A stretch of 58,155 nt of DNA, counting the filler, from Sphacelaria rigidula (taxonomy: Eukaryota): the NCBI GenBank assembly GCA_964200075.2. It is 4 parts of 4 records of this genome, joined end to end, with 100 filler letters (N's around TTAATTAATTAA, not from the genome) between each part and the next. Parts side by side here need not be neighbours in the genome. Positions count along the whole stretch, not along the records: positions 29,133 to 43,594 come from CAXNAA020002230.1; positions 43,695 to 58,155 come from CAXNAA020002231.1; 2 more parts are not named here. One strand, written 5' to 3'. Positions 36,600 through 49,634 of this stretch are shown here, one piece after another (the stretch's first letter is position 1; each line of letters opens with the position of its first letter). The notes under the pieces were generated by a model. That model did no database searches. It was not told the origin of the DNA and worked only from the letters and a program-made list of their open reading frames with translations. A program made the translations under genes and the position numbers.

Positions 36600-37160
36600 A
36601 GGCTAGTTTGAGTATGGAATGTGATCGGTATTGATTTCGGTATCATCATATAACTTGAACACCACCGATACCACCCCGGCCCCCGAATTGCTCCGCGGGT
36701 GTATCAGCCGGAGAGGTTGCTCCCAGATGACGTCTAGCGTCTCCAAGTAGTCAGAGCGCTCGTCCGTATGCATGTCAACTGCTGAATCGCATCTGCAAGA
36801 TTGATGAAAGTCTACTTGCTGTAATTCGTGTGTACGTTGTGGGTTACTACTCCTTCGAAAGTGTTTGTCGCACTGTACGTTTGCCATCCAAAAGTGCGTC
36901 ATAGGTGATCCTGCACCCCGCTTGCTGACTACATCACAGGTGCGCAAATTGCGCCCACGGTCGCTTCGCACGACTCGATATCCGAAGTCCTTCTCACCAT
37001 CTATGTAATAGTGCCGAGATTGGGCCAAAATTCCACAATACGACTGCGTAAAGTCTGAGGCAAGGTGCGGCTGAGCGATTTGACAATGCTTGTTAGTCGG
37101 CGACTGGGGTGTATCCGGTCAGTCGGAACTCTTCAAGTAAAGCTGTAGCATGCTTTTCAA
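36600..37160 (-). mobile_element. Possible decayed Copia pol fragment
   Basis: Weak peptide resemblance only: KHATALLEEFRLTGYTPV, SPMTHFWMA/KRTVR, RSNSG...VFKLY in Copia RT to RNase H order, across frames. Confidence 0.25.
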
Positions 37161-38103
37161 GTGAAGCACGCGGTGTTGTAGCACTCTCTATGCTGTGAGT
37201 ACGAAGGGGGTAGCAGCATCTTGCACTTCACAATATATTCGTCTCGGAAAAATCCGTACATATACCGTGTGTATGTCCATGTACGCTGCTTGTACGGTGG
37301 AGTCTTTGAATTCTGGCATCCTGTTGTCTAGGGTACCTATTGCATTTTACTACGCACCATCGTGTTTCGCGCCATTCTTTCACGCCTGTGCGCCCTCTCT
37401 GGGAGTGATGTCCAGACCAAGAAACGCAGAGCCACTTGGACACAAATCCTGCCACCTCATAATGCGCTGTAACCTGGCTGTTCCTCCAAGGAAACCCGGC
37501 GTGCCCGGTCCCGGCTTTGTAGCGACGGACCCCCTACGGGGTTGGCGTCGGTTGGCAATGACGCTGTAAAACACGCCCCTCACAGCGTAAGCTAGGTAAC
37601 CAGTTTGGCGTTTTTTTGGGCGCTTGCGTTTTTTTTGCGGTAGCCATGATGACGATCAAGCTAGATCATATTGTGTGGGGTGGGAGAACCTCAATTACGC
37701 GCAAAGGGGATGATCATACTATGTAGTGTTGAAATGGTAAAACACCCATGAGGCAGTGCAAAATCCGTGGCTGTCTCTGGAAGTGATGATACCAGAAAAT
37801 GAAAAATTCATCGGACGCTGTCATCCGAAGGCAAGATACAATAGTCAGTACACTTCGGGCGGAACAATGTTGGCAGGATGCAGCTCATCCTTAGTGCAAC
37901 TCGCCGAACACACCACGGCGCTTCGCACCTGATGATTGATTGCGGTCTGGTCCGGCGAAAAGCCGGTGGGCTCCGTCCCGGCTTTGTAGGGATGCGAGGT
38001 CAATGGTCATATGACTACGGCATGCAAGATCATGAGTACACCTCCCCCTCCGCCCCCCCACCCCTCCCCAACCATCTCAATTTGTACCTTGTACATGGTC
38101 AAG

Positions 38104-40605
38104 GTGGGGACGATATTTCGGATATCGCGCCCGCAGATGGCGATGACGACGAAGAAGACCAGCGAAGCAGTGATGACGACGCCTCGAGAGACATTCTCCA
38201 GGTAACGGGGGGTCCTGTGGCCGAAGTTGTGCAGCAGCCATCTGCGGGAGCAGGGGCAACGCCGGTGACTCCTCAATCACCGCCGCCGGACGTACTGTGC
38301 CCTTCCTGCTTCACCAAACACGATGGACGCTCAAAATTTTGCAAGTTTTGCGGAGAGTTGGTCCGACGGGATCCTGCAAGCTCCAAGGATTACGCCATTG
38401 GTTCTTCTGTCAACCTCGTGCCAGCTTCCAGAGCAGGGACTGGGAATGTAGACAGTGGAGGAGTGTCGGATGAGCGAGAAGACGAAAGTGAGGCATGGGA
38501 TAGTTCGGATAGTGAACCTGCGAGAGCAGCCATCGCACCGGCCAGGAGGTTTGATTCCGCCGAGGAGCCACATCACAGTGACGGCGGGAGCGGTAGCCCT
38601 CTGTCAGACGAGTGTAGCAACCCGAACATGTCGTCGCCCACGCGGCCGGCTGAAGCCAGCTCGGACTGGGATTGTGTTGAGGGCGGAATTATCGGTATTG
38701 CTGCGAGTAGTGAAAGCGATGACAGTCGAGTGGTAAGGGATAGTGATGTTGAATCGGACAGCGAATCAGGTCCAGCGAAACCTGGTTCTGTGGTATCGCC
38801 GTCAAGGCGCGTAGTCGGAGTCATAGACAAAGAGAAGGAGTCGCCTGTACCCTCGTCAGACGGCAGGGCCTCCGCACCGAACCCCCCAGATTGTAAGAAA
38901 CTTCCTAGAAACTGCCGCCCCACCTCGTCATCTCAAGACGGCCGCGAATCAGCCCCAAGTAAATATTCCCAAGAGCCGTCAACCTTGTCATCGCCACTGA
39001 GCAGTCGGCGACCTTCGGAGGCAGCGTCCTCCTCCGCGAGTTTAATGCAGAGCGCGCCGGAAGGTGCGACAATAGTAGGTTCGACAAACGGGTACCCCCG
39101 TAACCGTGAAGGGCGACGTGAGGATCGTCCTCAACCGGTGTTGGTGGCAAATCAGTGTTCGTCGAGCGCTGCTGCCGAGGCAGAGGCGAAGGGGCGGGCA
39201 GCGGCGGAGGAAGCGGCAGCAGCAGCTGCAACCACCATCAAGACTTTGCAGAGCGAGTTGAGCCTCCTGAAGGATCTCGTGATGCGCTCGGAGCAGAAAC
39301 GAGAGGAGGAATTGGGCGAGCTACGTAGTAGGCTCGAAGCGCAGGAGCGATATAGCCGACGCCCATCCTCTCATGACGAACTCCAACAAAAAACGAGTCC
39401 TCGGGAATCAGGTTCAGCAGGTGTAGGTGTAGGTGTAGACGAGCAGGACACCGAAGCCAGTGGCGGCGTCACGCCTCCGGGCGCGGGTGTGCATAATCCA
39501 TTCGCAACGCAAGAAGGCGGCGAATCTACCACCCCGCGAGATCACTTCCCAGCGTTTGAAGATGCCCTGCATGACGGTGAGAGCGACGACTGTGTCCCGC
39601 CCAATCGGAAACTGGACGGCGACAACGTAGGTGAAGGAGGGGAGGAGTACAAATCGATGCATAGCGACGGTTTTGACTTTAGTATTGACACTCTGAGTCA
39701 CATCAACAACCACACCGACTTCGGTACCGTGGTGCCCGTCACGACAACCGCGGCGATGGCGTCATCCTCGGTGGCAAACCCCGCAACCAAATCCGGCCGA
39801 AGGACGCACCGGGACCCTGGGCAACATCCGGTCGCTCCCGGCTTGGCAACTAGTCCACTACCCGGAGAGCAGAGATCCGATGAAATTTTCGATGCACAGG
39901 GCACAGCAGCAGAGGAGGCCTTCTTCGCAGATGCGCGCGCCACGGCGAGCCTGCAGACGCCCGTCAAGCACGTGCTCGCTGCTGGCGGCGCAGTCGCCGG
40001 CGTCGCTTGTCGAGGGGCCAGGCCGCAAGATCGCAGAGGGGCGCGCGGGACGCCTGCCGAGAGAACGGGGGCTCCTGGCGAAGGATCAACGGTGCCACGA
40101 GCCGCGCAGCAGCAGGCAGCAGCGAGGACCGGTCGGGGTTTCAAGGAAGACACGATAACGTCTGGGGAGCCAGAAGAATTGAACCGTGAGCAACTTTGTA
40201 TGGCCGACTTTTTCGCGGGAGCGGCAGAGCAGATCGCGGACAACCCCGAGGTCAGCGAGGGGCGAGGGGGCTCACCGATCGCGGCGGACGAGGGCGGGGT
40301 AGATCCCGGCCGACGAAACGTCGCGCTTCGCGCGCACGAGGCGAAAGTAGGACGCGTAGGCGTTGATGCTGGAACGCAGACCACGTGGAGTTTTTCTGGG
40401 CACGAGGGCGTGCGGTTTTTGTCCACGCCGGTGCGGACTCCACTGCACACGTTGGTGGAATCCGAGCGAGGAGTTTCCCCTGGAGAAGATGAATTGGTGG
40501 GCTGGGGACTGAGGTGGCCATCTGGGCGAAAATCGGACCTGCCGTTGATTGAGGGGGGCTTGGAGCGAGAGGGGGAGATGGACACGCATACCCATTCGGG
40601 AAAAG
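38104..40605 (+). CDS. Large exon of an uncharacterised low-complexity protein with a zinc ribbon and a coiled coil
   Basis: 2.5-kb stop-free GC-rich frame; CPSCFTKHDGRSKFCKFCG; heptad-like TIKTLQSELSLLKDLVMRSEQKREEELGELRSRLEAQER; donor G|gttagt at 40606. The first ~75 codons of the listed ORF overlap a repeat, so the start is placed at a tentative acceptor (38103). Confidence 0.7.
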
Positions 40606-41197
40606 GTTAGTTGAAGCCGCTTCGCTGCCGCGCTGACACGTGGTTAAACGTTTGATGCGTCTGTTGGTGTCGTACACAGAATATCTTGAAACAAGGAAAA
40701 CGGTCGTTGTTACTCTGCTTCGCTGTGTGTTTGCAGGGGTCACCGTCGCTATCTGTTTCCAGGCACCTAATTTTCAATTTCCACTGTGGTGTTGGCCGCA
40801 CTTTATGGTGCTTGCGATGGGCAAATCCGTTGCAAACCGAAATGTAATTGATCCAGCAGTTTTCTGTGTCGGACGTTGTCGGCACCGCGTATACACAGGA
40901 TTTCACTTGCTCCACCGCGACTGAGGATGTTCGACGTCTGCTCCGCGTGTACATCCACCCCAATGCGCTAGACCCCCCCGGTGCCCTTCTACCCGCCATA
41001 GTTTCAACGGAAGGGCCACTATCGCGTCAGGTGCATGTTACCTCTTTTCGTTGGCAGCTGCACCTGTCGAGAGGCAGACTGGGGTTTGTCCTCCACGCCG
41101 AGAATTGCTTCATATGGTCGTTGCTTCCTTATTCAGTATTCAATATCCTCACGAAAATGTTGTTCTTCACCGGACCCGCTTTCGCATTCCATCGCAG

Positions 41198-43041
41198 AAA
41201 CCGCGCCTTTCTACACCCCTCAACGCTCCAAACCGCCGTCGCGGCAAGCTTTTCAAGATTCCTCGGAGTCAACCATCGATGCTCAAACGTCACAAGGGTC
41301 AACCTTCTTTGATAGTCCCGGCCTGAGCCCAATCGTGGATTCGAGAGCCCGTTCCCGCAGCGAGAATGTTGACATCCCCGACTACGGGGGCCGCATCGAT
41401 ACCATTGCCTCTGGTGGAAGTAGAGGGAGTATAGGGAGTAAAAAAGGAGCTCCTAGCGTCGAGCAAGGGCAGGTACCTCAAGAGATGACTCGGGGTCTCA
41501 GTCCGATCCAGAGCGAATGTGGTGCTTACCCTCAGTCAGCGGGGAGAGGGGTTCCTTCCCTGTCGAGAGCGGGATCAAGTGCTAGTCGTGTCGAGACTGC
41601 CGGCGTTCGTGGAGGGGAAGCGTCCGCATGCGCGGTAATAGATCGGGAGGCAAAAAGTGCATCACAGGATAGCAACGGCGAAAGGCCCTTCCGCGCCGAC
41701 GGTGGTTGGGATTTTTCCAAGGGAAACGAAAGAGGGAAACGAGGCTCGCCCGGCTTGGAAGGTGGGCAGCAGTGGACACCGGCAGCGGCCCGAGGACCTG
41801 TGCGCAACAAGTCGACCTTCGTGGCTTCTTGTGCCGACACCTCGGGCACATCGCATCTTCGTGCGTCGAGCACTCTGGAGACTATGGCTCTGCTCGAAGA
41901 TACCAGCCGGTCGTTTTCGTCATTCTCGCGCGCCGGATCCTTCCCCGGAGACCTCTTCGCCGATGCCAGGCTGCGCGACTCTTCAACATTCCACTCGCTC
42001 CGCCGACAGGACGTCACGGCTTCTCAAGAGTCCAACCTCAAAAGCGGCGGTAAGTGGCTCATCGCGCCGTCACCGCCACAGAACAGGACTGAGCGGCGGG
42101 TAAGGTCGGCCCCGACGCTGTTGCCGGAGCAGGCAGTGGGTAGTCCAGACCGTAGAGGACGACAACCGCGCGAGGGTCCGCAGGCGGCGGCTGTCGAGGC
42201 GGAGGGAATTCCACCCGCAGTGGTTGGGGCATGGCTTGCGGCGGCGCTGGAAGGATTTTACGTTCACAACGCGGAAATCAGCTGTGGAACAAATGCGAAC
42301 GCAAAAAGAGAACGGCAGGTGGGAAGCTGGGGCGCGCACGGTGTGCGAGAGGTCGTGCCGTCGTTTTCTGGCCCTCTTGACCTTGACTCCGCCTTGGAGA
42401 GATCTCCACTTACTGGTGTTCGCCGTAGGCGGGGCAATCCGGCCGCTCTGCTGAAGGAAGCGCGCATGCTGGGCATCCAGGACGAAGACGTTCAGTTTGC
42501 GTACGCCCGAGCGGTCGCCGCTCCCGTTCCTGCGTATCCCATCTGTCCAGGAGATTCGCCGCCGCCACCCCCACCGCCTCCGCCGCTGGACCGTGTCATA
42601 GACGGGAGCACGATGAAGACCAGCAATGAGGAAGAGGAGATCTTCTACCAGCGGCAGCGGTTGATACACCGCGCGGTTACGGCCGCTGCTAAGCACGGTG
42701 GGGTGATGATGCAACTGCCTCCTCGGGGGGCTTGCACAGCGTCGAGAACAGCCGGCGATGCACGAACATTCGGCGCTGAAGAAGACAGACAGCAAGAGCA
42801 AGAAAATTATGGCGATGATGACGACTGGCGTAGGCACTCGGATCCACTGTACTGGCAGACCACACCGAGTATCCCCGCTACTGCGGTATCTGACGTGGCT
42901 GGTCGCGCGGGGGGGAAAGCCACCGCGCTGAGGACAGGGGCGATCATTGATGCTCGAGCGGCCACAGGCACAGGCACGTCGCCGTATCTTAGACGACACA
43001 CTTCGGGGTATTGGCGAGACAGACTGGGGATGACGCAGTAG
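41198..43041 (+). CDS. Probable terminal exon of the same low-complexity protein
   Basis: Stop-free frame 41035-43041. The phase-1 acceptor ccatcgcag| at 41197 matches the phase-1 donor at 40606. Poly-Pro tract; ends GYWRDRLGMTQ*. Confidence 0.65.
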
Positions 43042-43594
43042 CAGCGGACTTCTCGATTTTACGGTACCTGCAGCTTGTAATCGTGGTTCAAATGTTGGTT
43101 CGTTTTTGGCACAGTGGGTGTCACGTGATGCAGTTTGTCGCGTGTTTTGATAATCCTTTCGGAGGCTGTTGTCACGACCGACGTGGTGTCTTTGTTGAAA
43201 AGTTTTTGGGGTGCGCAGCTAAGCAGTTAGATAACAGGTGTTGTGATACCTCCTGAATCTCATATACATGTCGGGTGAAGATAGTACGTTTTTCCCATGT
43301 GGGTATTTCACCGCGTCAGAAATTAGCCCCATAGAGTAGAGAAATGCCAAAAATCCATGGCTGCGCTATGTTAATGCGGGACGTTTTCTGTGCAGATTTG
43401 TCACAACCCCATGCGGTAGGCTATGCCGAGGAGTAGGACATGTTTGTCTAGGTTGTCGAAAACACATGGGACATACGATGTTGAGAGTGGAATGGGGGGG
43501 GGGGGGGGGGGCACAGTTTGTTTAAAACGCGGGGGGGGGGGGTTTTTTGAAGAGGGGGGGTTTTCTTTTCGGGTTTGTGTATCGGGAGAGAGCA

Positions 43595-43694
43595 NNNNNN
43601 NNNNNNNNNNNNNNNNNNNNNNNNNNNNNNNNNNNNNNTTAATTAATTAANNNNNNNNNNNNNNNNNNNNNNNNNNNNNNNNNNNNNNNNNNNN
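43595..43694. other. Artificial 100-nt contig spacer
   Basis: 44 N + TTAATTAATTAA + 44 N. Confidence 0.99.
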
Positions 43695-43732
43695 GTTGTT
43701 GTTGTTGTTGTTGTTGTTGCTGCTGCTGCTGC

Positions 43733-43803
<71 letters not shown>

Positions 43804-43804
43804 T

Positions 43805-43869
<65 letters not shown>

Positions 43870-44720
43870 TGGTTGCTGTTGCTGTTGTTGCTGCTGCTGC
43901 TGTAGCTGTTGTTGTTGATGATATTGTTGTTGTTGATGTTGATTATGATGATGTTGCTGCTGTGCCGCCCCCATGAAAGGCTGGGCCATTACAGGGGCAG
44001 TGGGCAACCCGGCTGGCGCTCCTGCAGTGGACAATACCGCCGACATCGAAGTCGTTGCTGCAACCAACCCCGCCCCGCTAGCCGGCACCGGAGCGTGCGA
44101 CGCTCTGATCGCAGCGGCAGCTGAAGCGGTCGAAACAGTGCTGGATGGCGCCGCTCCTTGTACCACCGACAGCACCGCCGCTGGCGCTTGCTCGCGCAGC
44201 TGGCCCGGCACCTGCATTTGCGACACGGAGGCACCCGCCTGCTGTTGTCCACCAGGCGTAGACATCGCCATGCCGACGCCTACTGCACCCTTGTTCCCAA
44301 TCTCAACACCTTGGCCACGTTGGCCACCGCCACCGCCGCCGCCGCCGCCACCGCCAACAACAACGGTCGCAGAAGCTTGCGTCCCCACCGGTGCACCCGT
44401 ACCCGTAGTCAACCCTACACTCGTATCCGCAGTCGCTGCGGGCCTTCCTGCAGCAGTGTTAATGGGCGTTGATTTCAGCGCGGCCGCCGCCGGTGCTGGC
44501 ACCTCAACAGGTGTTGCAGGCGGCGGAGGGGTGGTGCTAGTGCTGTCGGACCCTTGCGGCCGCGGTCGATGCACCGTCGGTCCGCCTCCGGAAGTCGCGA
44601 TAGCTGCCACAACGTCGACGCTTCCGGCGCCACCGCTTTGAAATGCCCTTGCCATCGGTTTTTCGTGTTCTTCGCGCACAGCCGTCACCACCTCCGCCGA
44701 AGCGCCCTCGTGCGTGGTTG
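43695..44720 (-). CDS. Exon of an Ala/Gly/Thr-rich polyglutamine protein, truncated by the contig end
   Basis: ~1-kb stop-free frame with a poly-Gly tract and a Q/H-rich end, including 44 consecutive Gln codons (43696-43827) in alternating CAA and CAG blocks. Upstream boundary uncertain. Confidence 0.7.
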
Positions 44721-46946
44721 AGCTCGACGGGAAACGATGGTCGCATTAATACAGGACGCTGTGTGTGCTACGTACAACGGTTGTGCACAACCTACTCACT
44801 GTGTTGTGTGTGTGTGTGTGTGGTACGTTGTTGCGTGACGCCTCCCTCCTTCCCAACCGTTCCCTCAACCCAGCCGGGCGCCTTCAACGAGTACGCGCAC
44901 CCCCCCCTCTCTGGATGTGCGAAGCACCAATACTATTTTCCAGTCAAGACAAGATCTTGACTGGGTGTGGTTCATCAGGACAACATGGAGCAAATGACAG
45001 CAGTACAGCGGCGGCGGAAAAGACAAATACATGTCATCGAACTTGATTGAGGACACAGCGTGTGCAGCAGCTCTTCTTGCACACTGGCGGTTGAGATCCG
45101 AACATTTTGCATTTCGCTAGCGCCGATCTTGCGTGCGGCGCCAGATCATGAATGTACCAGTTTATGGCCCCCGGTGTTCAGGTGTTCAGTTTCTTGTGAT
45201 GAAAGTTACAAAGAGTACGAGCAGCAGAACTACAAAACAGTCAGTACAGCAGCACAGTATAGTATAACCGTATACTGTTGTGGTATTAGTAGCAGGTACT
45301 ACATCACGGCGAGGACGCTCCGGTATTGATCTCCAGGTGTTTTGGTACCGCAGCTGCACACGTTCATGTTTGATATTGCGGTATTGACAGCGCTGAATCT
45401 TAGCGATTGCGCAGGATCGGCGACATATCGCGCTCAGTTAGGATCTCACGCCAAAATACTGCCACGGCAACAAGCTGTGACCACACCGGTGTACTAGGCA
45501 TCTGTAGGGATCGCTGTGAGTGTCCGCGTTTACCGTCTGGGTTTTGTTCGAGATGGAAACACCGGCCGCTGGGTGTGGGATGAATTGGCGGATTTTAGCC
45601 GCATTTTGCATACTTCTGCTGTACGCGTACCGAGAACAGACTTTACTTCCATTGGAGCACTGCCCTTGAGATGTTGGTGAAAGGCAGGATCCAGCAAGAT
45701 CGCTTCTGTATCTTTTATTGACAACCGTGTCTCATGAGATCCAAAACAGGACAATCTACTGACCCCCTCCGTACCGTAGTGTCGTGACTCGTGATCTCTC
45801 GAGGCGGCACTAAAAAAAAAGCTTGTAAAAAAAAGCCAAAAAAAACATTCGAGGCTATAATAACGAAAGACACAGAAAGACACTTCATTTTTAAGAGGAC
45901 GGCACAAAATACGACACCCACAACGCAAATTTGAAGGATATGCGACAACGTGTTTCAAGATCTCGTTCCTAGATAGCAAGTCGCGATCATCGAGCTCGGA
46001 ACGACGACACGCGCGCGACCAAGGATCTAGTGAATACACCCTACACCATGACGGTACAGCCCCATCAAGCCCCATGTTCAGTACTGGGACCCAACTGCTC
46101 GCATGTGAACAAACACCAAAAATCATCGAAACCTGAGACAGGGAAGAGGAGAAGGCACCTCGTGTAAACCTCTAGTTGTACCACAAAAACCAAAAGCCAA
46201 CGCCGAACATGCTGTCAAAATACACGGCTATCACCTTCTTTGGAGCGAGATTTTTCGACAGGATATCAGGATATTGACTTTGTACAGAAGGGCAAAGCGC
46301 TTTCCCGTCGCCGATCGATCAGACTCCGCCTCTAACGCAACATGAGAGCTCTCGTGCTGGTGTGGCTTGTGTTTTCAAAGCAGATCGGTTTCTGTACGGA
46401 AGTATGTTGATAGTCATTTCCTATTTCATGTAGCGTAAGAATATATAATCATGATCTAACATGACCTGGATTGTGTACTGATGAACCTTACTTGCGTATA
46501 GGACCCCCTTCGACCCTATGTCCTTATGCCAATTATTTTCTGTTGATTTTTTATTCGTAGTATGGTAGTATCACCTTTGGTTCAGTTATTAAGGTAGTCT
46601 TCAACTTTCAAAACATTTGCAGTATATCCTTATGTTCCCTCCCGATGCCCCATTTTCGTGATCGTGGGTCTGATGAGCACCGTCTGGGAGAAGAAGAAAT
46701 GTTGTGTCGCCAGGACAACCGCCTGCATACTGTTGTAAAAAAGAGTACGGAAGAGTACGGTGGATACAATCACACGAGTCGAAGCAAGGTTGCAGTGTTA
46801 CTGAATTCGCGAAGCAGGCATACTGTATGGTGGTGGAGGAGGAAGTATCATTGTATACCGTGTAGAAAATCCGTGTCAGCACCAGCAGCAAAGCTGCTAG
46901 AGCAGCAGCTCAAATGCACCGTCCTTACAACCGTTCAGCCGGTAAG

Positions 46947-47431
46947 ATGCGCCGACTTTGTTCCAACATCCAATATCGCCTCGCAGCCACCATCACCCTC
47001 GCGGTCGCTCTAGCAGCTTCTACTGTAACACCGACAGTATCGTCGTCATCATCACCTCGTACCAGAGGAAGAACCCAGATTGTCAGTATATCAGCTCCTT
47101 GGCCGACTTCCTGCCTATCCCCTCTCGCAGAAGCCGCAGAGTTTTTGGCTGAAGGCTCAGATCCAAGTCTTTTCTGGAAATACGTCGAACTTGTCCGAGA
47201 CTCTCCGCCGTGGGTGTTCGCTTGTGCCGAGGGTAGCGGTGGGGGGATAGGTCGAGAAGGTGAAACAGCAGCAGCAGAAGCAGCAGCGGATGTCATTACG
47301 GTAGCTGTCGGCGCGGCTGGCCAGGGCTTCGGCGATGGTGGTGATAATGGTGCTGCGGATGCGGCGGGGATGAGAGGAGGACTGTTGGATGATGTCTCGC
47401 TTAGGTTGATGGAGCTGGCCTTATCTACGAG
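46947..47431 (+). CDS. UGGT: UDP-glucose:glycoprotein glucosyltransferase, exon 1 (signal peptide + start of TRXL1)
   Basis: MRRL...LAATITLAVALAAS signal-like N-terminus; VSISAPWPTSCLSPLAEAAEFLAEGSDPSLFWKYVE matches the UGGT N-terminal motif; ends LMELALSTR at the phase-2 donor AG|gtgcgt. Confidence 0.9.
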
Positions 47432-47757
47432 GTGCGTCCCGCGAAAGTTGTGGCGTGTTAGGGTGGTGGCGGTGTTGGTGTGATAGTTGTGATTTTTCAT
47501 TCAGGGGGTTTCACAGTATTCAAGTGATGTCGTCCTTCGGCGAAATCGATGTCGCTGCACGCCCAATAGTTAGCCGCAAACCGCTACTTCTCTCGATTCA
47601 AAATGTTGTGCAGTAGTGGGTAAAAGTGGGTGTTCGTATTGTATTGGTCCGCAGTTCCGTTGGCTTTTCAGCAACGTCGTGTCCATCGTGTTATACTACA
47701 TTTTTTTATTTTATTAGATGCGATCTGTTCCGTCATGTGCATCTGAGTATTTATATC

Positions 47758-49634
47758 TAGGAATTAGCTCCGTAAGCCCGTTAAAAAAAAAATAATAAGC
47801 TCCGTTTTTATTTTTTTGGCTTTCCCCCACTGTTTCATGTCCCATTTTAAGCTTTTTTTCAGCGAAAATATGCGTACTTGATGCGCCCCTTCGCATCCTT
47901 GTTGTGACGTTGTGGCAATAGCCCCTCACGAGGCGCGCCTTCTAGCACGAGAAGACAACGATTTGGGTATTCGAAGTTTTAGAAATTGTTTTTAATTGAA
48001 AAATAAGACTTTTCTCCGATCATTGAGTCATTGAGTTTGATTGCCACCCCAAACCACCTATCGAAACAACGTGTTCGCACTACGAGCTGGGCCAGTCAAG
48101 AGTAGGTGTGAATCTCGCTCAGGCGACGCGTGATATTCGGGGTAGGAGTTGAACGCTGAAATTTCGACAGCAGCTTTTCATGATCGAAATGCATAAGATC
48201 ATGGGACCAGCAAGTAAAAAAGGGGGAACAAAAAAAATATATATGGGCATTTGAAGTTTCAGCAAAAAAATGTTAGTGCAATAAGTCCCGGGAAAAAAGG
48301 AGAATCTGCAGCTGGACTCGTAAAGTATCAGTTCCTTGGGTGTAGAAGGTCTTCCTGAAATTTCAGCTCAAGCCTCGTCGAATTGGGCCGTGCGTTCAAC
48401 ATTTCCCGTGACGCTGCTCCACCCCTATAAATCAAGTGATGGGAGACTCCAATTATGGAGGTCATGAGTTCGAATCCCGACAGATTCTCTTTTTTTTTCG
48501 TCCGTCGTTAAGGTTATACATTATGCAGTACATTTTTTTCATTTTTTTTCTTCATTCAGCGACGGTGCCGTGTGTCACCAGGTTAGTCTACACTTCACAG
48601 TAATCTGCTCACATCGGGTTCATTCGGGAAACTGGGGAAGCTGTGGTGTGAGCAAGTTTTAGCAGCTTTTAGGCTGGCCCAGCTTGTACGTACACTCACG
48701 AGACATGGTGCAGCAGTGGGTCATTGCAGCCTCTGGACACAGGGTATTGCAGCCTTTGGCCTCTCGCCCGGCAAGCCTCAAATTACAAGCTATCGCCCCC
48801 GCCCCCCCCCCATCATTTACCATCAGTCGACATTTGAAATCGTGTCAAACTTTCGGCTCCGATTGTATGTGGGCATAACCGCGGCTTCGATCCGGTCACC
48901 TAACGCCCTCTCCTGACGGGACTTCAAACACCCCCTCGAAATAAAAACACTCGCTGCATAAACGCGGACGATGGCTGAATAAGTACGATATCCGCCGCCA
49001 CGAGATACCAAGTGGGAAGCCTTGTTTTGTTATCGTCCCATAACGACAGCAAACCGTAATTTGAGTGCGCGCCCGAGGCCACGCCCGACCAAAAAGTCAT
49101 CCTTCTCGGACAAAAGGCCCACCATGACCTCGGGGGTCACGAAGGGGAAAATAGCAAGCTGGCGGACCTCCTCCCTGGTGTAACCTGTACGCTGCGTAAT
49201 ATACACGAAGTCGATGAGCTAACGCTGTAGACGCTGTACAACGCACAATGGGCCCCATGGCACAACTTTTGTACAAAACATTGATCACATTTTGCAATTC
49301 AACATCGTATCAAATATATGAAACACAAACAGAAACGTTTTTGGGATCAGACCCGCAACGATGGCAGTTTGGAGTATTGATTGTTGAAGTCTGTCTGGTG
49401 ATGAGTAACGAGTGACGAGTCACGCCGTAGGCCGTAGGGAGCACTTTCCAGCAGCTGATACACTGGCTGCAGGAGGCGCATGAAAAAATGTCGCAATTTT
49501 ATGCGCGTTTCGAGCACATTGTAAGCTTTTCAAACATTTTAAGCTCTCTTGAAGCTTTTCGAAAAAAAGCTTATTTAAGCCCGAGAACCCCAAATTAAGT
49601 TAAAGCTTAGGCGCGCTGACGGAGCTAATACCTA
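47758..49634. mobile_element. Non-autonomous hAT-type DNA transposon (1877 bp) in UGGT intron 1
   Basis: Perfect 8-bp TSD tttatatc (47750-47757, 49635-49642); 20-bp TIR taggaattagctccgtaagc vs taggtattagctccgtcagc (18/20); clustered subterminal aagct/taagc motifs at both ends; no transposase ORF. Confidence 0.9.

Noticed and set aside
37878..38103. Listed start of the 910-aa ORF
   Set aside because: Overlaps a dispersed repeat tail also present at 26452 and 33058; probably intronic.
39698..42999. Long antisense ORFs (295 aa, 309 aa), and likewise the poly-Leu and 222-aa + strand ORFs at 43696-44641
   Set aside because: Shadows of GC-rich or triplet-repeat coding sequence on the other strand.
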